Assembly: GCF_001194135.2 (NCBI RefSeq)
Contig: NC_068995.1
Span: 22,761,840 to 22,797,626, forward strand
DNA from: Octopus bimaculoides
Lineage: Eukaryota
Direction: 5' to 3'
DNA length: 35,787 nucleotides
Position 1 is the stretch's first letter; every line of letters begins with the position of its first letter. Of the stretch, positions 35,716 through 35,787 are shown in pieces. The notes beneath the pieces are model-generated. The model was not told the DNA's origin and did no database searches. It worked only from the letters and a program-made list of their open reading frames with translations. A program made the translations under genes and the position numbers.

Positions 35716-35739
35716 GTTATTATTATTATTATTATTATT

Positions 35740-35787
<48 letters not shown>
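35674..35787. repeat. (TTA)n followed by (TAA)n: self-complementary trinucleotide tract
   Basis: Strand switch at about 35742; runs to the window end. Confidence 0.95.

Overview
AT-rich, gap-ridden eukaryotic genomic DNA. The SINE families and dense (TA)n/(CA)n/(TACA)n tracts resemble an octopus (coleoid cephalopod) draft scaffold; this is inferred from recalled repeat families, not from a search. No intact, recognisable host gene is visible, and most long ORFs in the track are artefacts of N-gaps or microsatellites. The window is an intronic or intergenic graveyard of mobile elements. Retroelements: a Penelope-like RT remnant, a second Penelope-like element (GIY-YIG remnant with an inverted 5' arm), an internally deleted CR1-type LINE, an R4/Dong-type LINE beside a (TAA)n tract, and several tRNA-type SINE pieces. 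DNA elements: a DD41D-like Tc1/mariner remnant and four foldback/MITE elements. The most notable signals are (1) a well-paired type I hammerhead ribozyme fold with an unusual U9 core and a 59-nt loop II at 18239-18350 (minus strand), one half of an inverted repeat pair; (2) an 812-bp foldback element with an 8-bp target-site duplication and head-to-head TTAGGG/CCCTAA arrays at its centre; and (3) about eight long inverted-repeat structures in 36 kb. A few isolated candidate exons are reported at low confidence.
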